Source: a virus | Taxonomy: Duplodnaviria > Caudoviricetes | Length of the DNA: 30,915 bases | Virus record (IMG/VR): IMGVR_UViG_3300005611_000134 | Location: 1 to 30,915 of that record | Reading direction: 5' to 3' (one strand) | Shown here: in pieces, positions 7,565 to 14,045 of the stretch | Layout: the number at the start of each line of letters is the position of its first letter | Position numbering within the stretch: the stretch's first letter is position 1 | Translations under genes and position numbers: made by a program | The notes under the pieces: generated by a model | What the model was told of the DNA's origin: nothing | The model's input: the letters and a program-made list of their open reading frames with translations, nothing else | Database searches by the model: none

Positions 7565-7961
7565 TCTTGATAATGAGCTTGCAACAGTAAAAACTTTTGG
7601 CGCAGCTATGGGTTATGGCTACGCCAAGAAACAAGGCATGATCAGCTACGACTTTGATCTGTTCAAGGGTGATGATGTTGCAGCCTACGCAGAAGTCAAG
7701 GTGCGCAGCAACAAGCACGACAAATACCCAACGACAATGATCAGGCAATCAAAGGTGGATGCTGCCAATGATCGCCTACTTAAGACTGGCCTACAAACCT
7801 TCCTCATTGTGCAATGGAAAGACCTGCTTGGTTGGTGCGTAATGACAGGCGAATGGAAGGTTGAAAAGGCGGGAAGGTATGACAGGAATGATCGCAATGA
7901 TCTAGGGCTGCATGCCTTCATCCCGCTGGAAGCTTTCGGTTTCATTGATGTGACAAAATAA
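7539..7961 (+). CDS. PD-(D/E)XK-type nuclease-like phage protein (140 aa)
   Basis: YE...D..NE, YDFD...AEVKVR, YPTTMI, GRYDRNDRND motifs; GGAG RBS before ATG 7539. Confidence 0.72.
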   Translation: MPRYEKTTDLDNELATVKTFGAAMGYGYAKKQGMISYDFDLFKGDDVAAYAEVKVRSNKHDKYPTTMIRQSKVDAANDRLLKTGLQTFLIVQWKDLLGWCVMTGEWKVEKAGRYDRNDRNDLGLHAFIPLEAFGFIDVTK

Positions 7962-8038
7962 ATTTAGCTTGGAGTTCTGCGCTATGAATAGAATAGGTCA
8001 ACAATGCTGTCTTGACTGGGTGCTATCGAATCAACGAA

Positions 8039-8252
8039 TAAGGGGGGTAAGGGGGGATCAAACAACACATTGTCGCAAAGCACATGCTTCGGTTGCGTTG
8101 CACTTTCCAAGCATGCGCTTGGGTGCGTTGCACACTAACCCCATTCTTTTAAATCATTCCAAGCTAAGGGGGCTAAGCTATGTTCTTTAACGAAGCTACC
8201 TTAGCTAAGTTAGTTAAAAAGAAAAAAGTTAATTATGCACAAGCAGTGCATA
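8039..8252. repeat. Repeat/palindrome cluster, candidate replication origin or regulatory hub
   Basis: TAAGGGGGG x2 in tandem (8039-8056), third TAAGGGGG at 8165; imperfect 26/25-nt direct repeat (8078-8103, 8109-8133); AAGCTA/TAGCTA repeats; palindrome CTTAGCTAAG 8200-8209; TATGCAC-N5-GTGCATA 8234-8252. Confidence 0.55.
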
Positions 8253-8443
8253 GAAACTCACAACTCAGCGCACAAGAGCGTAGGCTTGAGAATGTGCTCA
8301 GGCTTTTGCTGCGGAGTGGATATTCACAACATCGCATAGCACAGATACAGGCAGAACTTATGTCTGTTGGTTCTTGGGAAAGAATGCTTTGGCTGTATGA
8401 GTTGGAGAAGAGCTTTGCAAAAGCGCAAAAGAAAGAAAGATAA
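8180..8443 (+). CDS. Hypothetical basic helical protein (87 aa)
   Basis: AAGGGGG RBS; follows the repeat region. Confidence 0.65.
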   Translation: MFFNEATLAKLVKKKKVNYAQAVHRNSQLSAQERRLENVLRLLLRSGYSQHRIAQIQAELMSVGSWERMLWLYELEKSFAKAQKKER

Positions 8444-8600
8444 GATTTTTATCTTTGAATGTGATGGGTGTAACAAAAGGCATCACAATGACGTGACGCC
8501 TTTTGTTGTATTAGCTACAGGTCGGACACTCTGCGAGGTCTGTTATCAAGATCACGTTCTGGATCTTCAGAGACAACTTGAAATGGCCTCATCGTTCTAA
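8397..8600 (+). CDS. Small zinc-finger protein (67 aa)
   Basis: CDGC...CEVC, basic N-terminus; ATG 8397. Confidence 0.6.
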   Translation: MSWRRALQKRKRKKDKIFIFECDGCNKRHHNDVTPFVVLATGRTLCEVCYQDHVLDLQRQLEMASSF

Positions 8601-8826
8601 GCTCTGCAATGGTGTCGCTCATGATTTCCATTTCAACAGAAATCCTTGTGCTTACACCAACAAGGTCTATGACCAGCTGATTCACGTTGTCATTGTCTAG
8701 GTAGTAGTGTTCAGCTTGCCTTGCAGCACGGCGCAAGGTGCGCGCCTGGTTGTCTAGTGTTGAAGCGTACCAACGCACATCTTCAAGCACCCCTACAAAC
8801 TGTTCTAATAACTCTTGCTTTGTCAT
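8515..8826 (-). CDS. Hypothetical coiled-coil protein (103 aa)
   Basis: AAAGGA RBS; last gene of the leftward early operon; 3' end overlaps the convergent gene by 86 nt. Confidence 0.7.
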   Translation of the reverse strand: MTKQELLEQFVGVLEDVRWYASTLDNQARTLRRAARQAEHYYLDNDNVNQLVIDLVGVSTRISVEMEIMSDTIAELRTMRPFQVVSEDPERDLDNRPRRVSDL

Positions 8827-8848
8827 AGTTTTTTCCTTTCAACGCGCC

Positions 8849-9112
8849 TCACTTCGTGGGTCGCTCTGCCTTCCAAAGCCTTTGGCTTATCTCCATCTTA
8901 TGTTTTTTCAACGCCTTGTGATAAACCTTCCTGATTGCTCGCTCTACAGTGTTTCTGTTCAGCCCAAACTCTTCGGCAATCACACGACAGCTTATGCGAC
9001 TGCTGTTGCTTCGCCTGTATGCTAGGGCCATTAACTTGTGATGATCCTTCACGCCTCGCAAGCCAACGATGACCTCTTGCGGTATCTCTTTTAGCTTTTG
9101 CTTTATTGTCAT
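8849..9112 (-). CDS. Helix-turn-helix DNA-binding protein (87 aa)
   Basis: SCRVIAEEFGLNRNTVERAIRK HTH; GGAG RBS before ATG 9112. Confidence 0.75.
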   Translation of the reverse strand: MTIKQKLKEIPQEVIVGLRGVKDHHKLMALAYRRSNSSRISCRVIAEEFGLNRNTVERAIRKVYHKALKKHKMEISQRLWKAERPTK

Positions 9113-9131
9113 AACTTCACTCCAGATTTGT

Positions 9132-9166
9132 ACGGGCCAAAGGCCCTCCCAGGGCCTGCGGCCCAT
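9132..9166 (-). promoter_or_regulatory. Strong GC-rich intergenic hairpin without U-tract
   Basis: Minus strand AUGGGCC-GC-AGGCCCU-GGG-AGGGCCU-UU-GGCCCGU. Confidence 0.55.
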
Positions 9167-9173
9167 CATTTCC

Positions 9174-9269
9174 CTAGCCCCCGAAGAATAGTTGAACGCC
9201 AGCAAAGATCAGCACGCATGCGATGACCAAGCCAATCAAATCCAACACGTCAATCATCCAATCTTTCAT
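9174..9269 (-). CDS. 31-aa single-pass membrane peptide (MKDWMIDVLDLIGLVIACVLIFAGVQLFFGG)
   Basis: ATGA overlap with the upstream gene, GAGGA RBS; about 20 hydrophobic residues; not in ORF track. Confidence 0.65.
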   Translation of the reverse strand: MKDWMIDVLDLIGLVIACVLIFAGVQLFFGG

Positions 9270-9430
9270 TGGTCCAATTCCTCTAACTCTTTCTTGGTTT
9301 CATCAATGGCAGATCGAAAAATCTCTATCTTTCTGTGTAAAAACTTTTGCTTCTCCCACTTAAGCATGCTTTCCCAGTGAATGCTTGCGCCTTCGGTTGG
9401 TTGTTCCTTTGGTGTGTTATATTTTGTCAT
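9266..9430 (-). CDS. 54-aa hypothetical protein (MTKYNTPKEQ...KKELEELDQ)
   Basis: GGAG RBS, ATG 9430, TGA overlapping the next ATG; not in ORF track. Confidence 0.7.
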   Translation of the reverse strand: MTKYNTPKEQPTEGASIHWESMLKWEKQKFLHRKIEIFRSAIDETKKELEELDQ

Positions 9431-9444
9431 TTTTTTCTGCTCCA

Positions 9445-9612
9445 TTAGCTATATTTTGGGTTGTTCGTTCTTAAGCATATCTTGCCAGCCTGCAGCCGTA
9501 ATTTCTCTTCATTGCTGTTCGACCAGCTATGCATAGACAAGGCCTTAACCATATTTTTTATGGCCCATTTGGGCTGGTTGCCTACAATCTTCCAAGCTTC
9601 GTTTGTTGTCAT
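9445..9612 (-). CDS. Small conserved phage protein (55 aa)
   Basis: EAWKIVGNQPKWAIKNMVKALSM motif; AAAGGT RBS before ATG 9612 (alternative start 9627). Confidence 0.75.
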   Translation of the reverse strand: MTTNEAWKIVGNQPKWAIKNMVKALSMHSWSNSNEEKLRLQAGKICLRTNNPKYS

Positions 9613-9623
9613 TGCTTTACCTT

Positions 9624-10454
9624 TCATCGCTGAATTACAAAACCGCTTGCGTCTTTCTTGGCATCGCCTTTCGCTTTTAATGCCACAATCACGCCTATTG
9701 GGTCTTCGGGCCGATAGTCGGTCACGTCACCATCATACAAAACGCAACGCCCAATAGGATCAAGCGCGTCAATTGCGGCAAACTGGGAGTTCGTGAACCC
9801 ATCCTTGAAAGGATTGCCACCAAACACAACCGCAACATTACCGCCAGCGCTGATAACCTTGCGCACATCTTCGTCATTGTTTTCTTTGCGACTAAATGTC
9901 AGATGATAGTTTTGCGGCATGTCACCACGTCCCCACGCGACAGCGCGTTTTGTTATGGCCGTATAATCATAGAATTGAACGTCTTTGAAATGATCCATTA
10001 ATCGAACGTCCACACCGTCCACGTTTATGGTGCGCAATTCAAAAGGTAAATCGCTGGTGGCATTGAGACGAATAGCGGGTTGCATGTTCAAGCTTTTTGC
10101 CTTGCTTTCAAGCGCCATAATCTCAAAGGCAAGTAATGCCATAAATGCATCGCGTTGTTTGAAATAGGCTAAGGTCTTGTCAATTCGGCTCTTGTGCTTT
10201 TGCTCCATATAAGCAGGGTTGCCAGCTGTATGCAGGCAAGCGTCTATGCATCCTTTGGAAGCTTTCGGGCATGTGTTGAACCCAGAAAGCTTAGATGGTG
10301 CCAAATGTAATGGCGCGGCTAACACACCAAGCTTGCCATTCTTGGCAACCTTTGGGTTTGATTCAGGGCTTGATAGCAAGCCATTGAATTTGTGGCCCTG
10401 TTTTTGAAGATAGCGCTGGGCGCTGGCCCTGCTTGTAAATCCATTGATGATCAT
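9624..10454 (-). CDS. Gp88-family protein (Cys-motif, radical-SAM-like), 276 aa
   Basis: LHLAP, NTCPKASKGCIDACL (Cx6Cx3C), IRLNATSDL, QFYDYT, NYHLTFS, DGD.TDYR, KAKG.AKKD.SGFV; GAGG RBS before ATG 10454. Confidence 0.82.
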   Translation of the reverse strand: MIINGFTSRASAQRYLQKQGHKFNGLLSSPESNPKVAKNGKLGVLAAPLHLAPSKLSGFNTCPKASKGCIDACLHTAGNPAYMEQKHKSRIDKTLAYFKQRDAFMALLAFEIMALESKAKSLNMQPAIRLNATSDLPFELRTINVDGVDVRLMDHFKDVQFYDYTAITKRAVAWGRGDMPQNYHLTFSRKENNDEDVRKVISAGGNVAVVFGGNPFKDGFTNSQFAAIDALDPIGRCVLYDGDVTDYRPEDPIGVIVALKAKGDAKKDASGFVIQR

Positions 10455-10503
10455 TTTGTTTATCCCTCGTTTTTGTTGCGTGACTGCGTTCGTCACATCC
10501 AAT

Positions 10504-10532
10504 GATTTAGGCTTTGTGGTTTTTCGTGTCAA
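10504..10532 (-). promoter_or_regulatory. Leftward early sigma70 promoter TTGACA-N17-TAAATC with upstream A/T tract
   Basis: Perfect -35 at 10527-10532, 17-nt spacer; -10 lacks the -7 T, as is common in alphaproteobacteria. Confidence 0.65.
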
Positions 10533-10561
10533 CAAAAAAAGTACACCAAAAGCAAAAAAAA

Positions 10562-10615
10562 TTGATTGCCACTAGGTGTTGTGGTAGTGTGGTTTTGGGA
10601 ATCAATATGTTGTGC
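10562..10615 (+). promoter_or_regulatory. Rightward terS/late promoter TTGATT-N17-TAGTGT (extended TG) overlapped by two NrdR-box-like sites (10569-10584, 10600-10615)
   Basis: CCACTAGGTGTTGTGG (11/16) and AATCAATATGTTGTGC (12/16) versus consensus acaCwAtATaTwGtgt; 31-bp period. Confidence 0.65.
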
Positions 10616-10628
10616 CAAGGGGTAAACA

Positions 10629-11048
10629 ATGGCCAAAAAGCCAAGAGTAAACAAGCAACAGATGCAAGAGATTTGTGACTTGCTCGCAGATGGTAAGAGC
10701 TTGCAACGTATCTTGGCGGAACATGAAGAATTGCCAAGCTACAGAACGATCATGCGCCACATTCAAGAAGATGAAGAATCCTGGATTGCCTATCGTAAAG
10801 CAAGAACCATACAAGCCGAAAAGATAAGAGATCAGATCATTGACTTAGTGGAAAAACCATTACCAGATGATCCTAAGCTTGCGATGGCGGAAGTTCAGCG
10901 GCGAAGGTTGGAAGCTGACCAAAAGGATAAATACGTGAGACAGCTGGCACCGTTAGGGTTGAGGGATAAGAGCGAAGATAAACCGAGCGACAAGGTAAGC
11001 GGCACGATCACTCTTGCTTGGGCAACAGATGATAAGACAAAGGGTTGA
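10629..11048 (+). CDS. terS: Terminase small subunit (Sf6 gp1-like)
   Basis: ICDLLADGKSL...PSYRTIMR HTH, YRKAR..QAE, VQRRRL; upstream of terL. Confidence 0.85.
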   Translation: MAKKPRVNKQQMQEICDLLADGKSLQRILAEHEELPSYRTIMRHIQEDEESWIAYRKARTIQAEKIRDQIIDLVEKPLPDDPKLAMAEVQRRRLEADQKDKYVRQLAPLGLRDKSEDKPSDKVSGTITLAWATDDKTKG

Positions 11049-11131
11049 TGTTGTTGTGATGGTGGGATTCATTTCACATAACACAAACTGCGTGGCACGG
11101 CTCGCGCGCGAAGCAAACAGGGTCTAAGCTT

Positions 11132-11159
11132 TTGTCGCACAATACCTATTATGTTAAAT
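11132..11159 (+). other. dif-like XerC/XerD recombination site: TTGTCGCACAA-TACCTA-TTATGTTAAAT
   Basis: XerD arm identical (11/11) to E. coli dif, XerC arm 6/11 including CGCAxAA, 6-bp centre; lies in the non-coding terS-terL gap. Confidence 0.8.
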
Positions 11160-11313
11160 TACAGCTAACAGGCGCACATATTGCATAGTTTTTTGCTAAC
11201 AGACCCCCCCCACCACCCCCAGAGTCGGCCGCATGTTTCTAGTACATAAAATACCCTAGCCGTATGGTACCTCACACACTCTCTGAGTCTCACACATAAG
11301 CAAAGAGCAACCG

Positions 11314-12597
11314 ATGCAGATCAACATACCCTACAGCCCTAGACCCCTGCAGAAAGAGCTGCATGAGGCTGTGAGCGCAACACGTTGGAGCGTGGTCGTA
11401 TGTCATCGTCGTTTCGGCAAGACTGTTATGGCAATCAACCATTTGCTGCGTGATGCTATCCTGACCGATAAAACCAACCCGCGCTACGCATATATTGCAC
11501 CTACCTACAGGCAGGCTAAGGCAGTGGCTTGGGATTATCTCAAGCAGTTTGCTGAAGCTGTACCGATGGTTCGTTTCCACGAGACAGAACTGAGATGTGA
11601 CCTGCCCAACGGCGCAAGGATCCAGCTGCTAGGTGCTGAAAACCCCAACAGCTTGCGTGGTATTTACTTGGATGGTGCTGTCTTAGATGAGATGGCTGAC
11701 ATGCCTGAGTCTCTCTTTCCTGAGATTATCAGACCTGCTTTGTCTGACCGCAAAGGCTGGGCTTTGTTTATTGGTACACCTCGTGGCCATAATGCTTTCT
11801 TTGATTTGTATGATGCGGCGCAGGGTCAGAAGGATTGGTATACTAAGGTGTTCCGCGCAAGCGAGACTGGGATCTTGGACGACGAGGAATTGCAGGCAGC
11901 GCGTGCGATGATGTCTGAAGATCAGTTCCAGCAGGAATTTGAATGTAGCTGGGTTGCTAATGTCCCTGGCGCTATTTTTGGTAAAGAGCTTCAGGAAGCT
12001 CAGGAAAAGGGGCGCATATCAGCAGTACCCTATGACCCCGCATACAGGGTAGATACCTATTGGGATTTGGGCGTAGGCGACAGCACCGCCATTTGGTTTG
12101 CCCAGAATGTTGGTAGGTCTGTGCATATTATTGATTACTATGAGGCTAGGGGCGAGGGCCTACCCCACTATGCTTCCGTTCTCCAGCAACGTGGATATTT
12201 GTATGGGAGACACAATGCGCCGCACGATATTGAGGTGAGAGAGCTAGGGTCTGGTAAGAGCCGCCGCGAAACTGCGTGGGATCTCGGTATCAATTTTCAA
12301 GTAGTTCCCAAGCTACCTTTGGAAGACGGTATTCATGCTGCGCAAATGATCATACCGAGATGCTGGTTTGACAAGGATACCTGCAAGGCTGGGCTAGAAG
12401 CTTTGCGCCATTATCATCGTGCATACAATGAACGTACACGTTCCTTCAGGGCAACCCCAGTACACGACTGGGCCAGCCACGCAGCTGACGCATTTCGTTA
12501 TCTTGCGGTTGGAATAAAAGAGAATAAAAGTTATGATAGGCCACCACAAGCTATTGCTGATAGTAGTTACAACCCTTTATCACAGAGGAATTACTAA
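11314..12597 (+). CDS. terL: Terminase large subunit
   Basis: VVVCHRRFGKT Walker A, LRGIYLDGAVLDE Walker B, FIGTPRG, WDLG nuclease, HDWASHAADAFRY. Confidence 0.97.
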   Translation: MQINIPYSPRPLQKELHEAVSATRWSVVVCHRRFGKTVMAINHLLRDAILTDKTNPRYAYIAPTYRQAKAVAWDYLKQFAEAVPMVRFHETELRCDLPNGARIQLLGAENPNSLRGIYLDGAVLDEMADMPESLFPEIIRPALSDRKGWALFIGTPRGHNAFFDLYDAAQGQKDWYTKVFRASETGILDDEELQAARAMMSEDQFQQEFECSWVANVPGAIFGKELQEAQEKGRISAVPYDPAYRVDTYWDLGVGDSTAIWFAQNVGRSVHIIDYYEARGEGLPHYASVLQQRGYLYGRHNAPHDIEVRELGSGKSRRETAWDLGINFQVVPKLPLEDGIHAAQMIIPRCWFDKDTCKAGLEALRHYHRAYNERTRSFRATPVHDWASHAADAFRYLAVGIKENKSYDRPPQAIADSSYNPLSQRNY

Positions 12598-12848
12598 TGG
12601 GTTTTATGAAGCCGAAGATGCCACCACCTCCACCTCCTCCCCCGCCAGCCCCTGCTGTACCTGATCCTGTAGTTCCAGAGTCTGCTGTTCGCCCTTCCGA
12701 GGTTCAGAAGCTTGAGCGGAAAGAAAAGGATCCGAAGCGCGTAAGCCAGCGCAAAACAATTAAGACAGAGCAGCGTGCTGGTATGCTGGTGGATGATGGT
12801 TCCGCAGTGCAGTACACATCTTTGCTGGGTGGAAAGAGCAAGTCTTGA
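12597..12848 (+). CDS. Pro-rich small virion/assembly protein, MG...LLG paralogue A
   Basis: TAATG overlap; P9 run; RKTIKT...G...SLLG C-terminal motif. Confidence 0.78.
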   Translation: MGFMKPKMPPPPPPPPPAPAVPDPVVPESAVRPSEVQKLERKEKDPKRVSQRKTIKTEQRAGMLVDDGSAVQYTSLLGGKSKS

Positions 12849-13243
12849 TCAGACCTTTGTACACCGACAGAGACTTGTCGCTTGAGGCTATGCATACTGC
12901 GCTTGATCTGACCAACTATCCCTATGCTGACTTTCATAGGGCATATATGGATAGGTCAATGATACTGTCTTTTTTGGATGGCGAGGACTTTGTTGGCGTT
13001 ATGTGGTTCTATGGAAAGGGTGATGATGGCCTAGATTTGGTCATGCATGCTGCCATATTGGACGAGTATCGTGGTCGGTTTTTTACAAGAAAACTTGTAG
13101 ATCACATATCTACAGTGTTATGGTGCTTAGGGTTTGAGAGTGTATCAGTAGAGACTGATTACAAGGATATGGCGCTACGAATGGGCGCTAAGTTGGATGA
13201 CGATGGTTGTGCTGTATTTGCGCTTCCACATAAATGGAGATGA
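12845..13243 (+). CDS. GNAT-fold acetyltransferase-like protein (132 aa)
   Basis: FVGVMWF strand, VMHAAILDEYRGR (motif A-like), MALRMG (motif B-like). Confidence 0.55.
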   Translation: MIRPLYTDRDLSLEAMHTALDLTNYPYADFHRAYMDRSMILSFLDGEDFVGVMWFYGKGDDGLDLVMHAAILDEYRGRFFTRKLVDHISTVLWCLGFESVSVETDYKDMALRMGAKLDDDGCAVFALPHKWR

Positions 13244-13246
13244 GAT

Positions 13247-13579
13247 ATGGGTGGCCCAGTAGCAAAAGTAGCAGATGACGTTTTAGGTATTGAACCAAAG
13301 AGGCCGAAGCCTGCGCCAGCACCAAGGCCAGCACCTGCTCCTACACCTGCCCCAGCAGCAAAACCTAAAGCAGCACCAGCTGCGCCAGCCGCGCCCGTTG
13401 CTGCAGAACCAGACCCACGCACACCAAGATCTGCCGTTTATGGTGGTGGTGTTTCTCAGGAGGATCCTGGCCAAGCATCTGCTGGTAAGAAGCGCAGACG
13501 TACACGCACCATTATGACTGGTTCTGGTGGCGTACTTGGCGGCGCCCCTGTCGAAAAGAAGACATTGTTAGGGCAGTAA
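13247..13579 (+). CDS. Pro/Ala-rich small virion/assembly protein, MG...LLG paralogue B
   Basis: GGAG RBS; RRRTRTIMTGSGGVLGGAPVEKKTLLGQ C-terminus typical of the gene preceding portal in this podovirus type. Confidence 0.85.
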   Translation: MGGPVAKVADDVLGIEPKRPKPAPAPRPAPAPTPAPAAKPKAAPAAPAAPVAAEPDPRTPRSAVYGGGVSQEDPGQASAGKKRRRTRTIMTGSGGVLGGAPVEKKTLLGQ

Positions 13580-13582
13580 GCT

Positions 13583-14044
13583 ATGGGAAGCAAAACCTTG
13601 TCAGCAGCAAACCCTGGCGACCTTCCTGCCGCATTTGCGTTTATGGCTAGAAGTCCAAACTTTAAAGTTACAAATAGTACGGGTACGGGTCTCTATAAAT
13701 CAGACTTCCCTACAGATGAGCAGCTTAGTGAGTCTCAAAAAACAAAGCCAAACCTTACGGCAGTGATGAGGGCATTTCGTGATAGGCTGCCAGATGCCCC
13801 AACGCCTGCTCCAGCGCCAGTTACTGCTGAACCAGTTACCGCTGAACCAGCATCAACACTAGGCAAGGCGCTTGCTACGAAGAAAATTAAGGCGGCTGAA
13901 TCAACGCCTGATGCGGAACAAAAGCCTGCAATGAGGCCAAGACGCACACCAATGACAACACCAAAAAGACGGCGTAGGGAAGGCCCAAAGTCATTAATCT
14001 CTTCAGATGCAACCACAGAAAAGAAGGGCCTTTTAGGGCAATAA
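13583..14044 (+). CDS. Pro/Ala-rich protein, MG...LLG paralogue C
   Basis: RRRR...EKKGLLGQ C-terminus; 15-nt tandem repeat (PVTAE x2) 13817-13850. Confidence 0.75.
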   Translation: MGSKTLSAANPGDLPAAFAFMARSPNFKVTNSTGTGLYKSDFPTDEQLSESQKTKPNLTAVMRAFRDRLPDAPTPAPAPVTAEPVTAEPASTLGKALATKKIKAAESTPDAEQKPAMRPRRTPMTTPKRRRREGPKSLISSDATTEKKGLLGQ

Positions 14045-14045
14045 T

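Noticed and set aside
8039-8056. KOPS (GGGNAGGG) motifs that would support FtsK-driven Xer activity
   Set aside because: GGGTAAGGG does not fit the consensus; I saw no exact KOPS in the G-rich stretches checked by eye (not exhaustive)
8060-8075. Third NrdR-like sequence AAACAACACATTGTCG
   Set aside because: Several mismatches including a core position, and no partner box 31 bp away
7969-8190. 73-aa ORF across the repeat region
   Set aside because: TTG start, no convincing RBS, translation dictated by DNA repeats; better explained as non-coding, though not excluded
14026-14042. Fifth copy of the G-RYAR-Y RNA loop before the portal start
   Set aside because: GGCAAT is present but the flanking helices do not form convincingly; the sequence is explained by LGQ-stop codons
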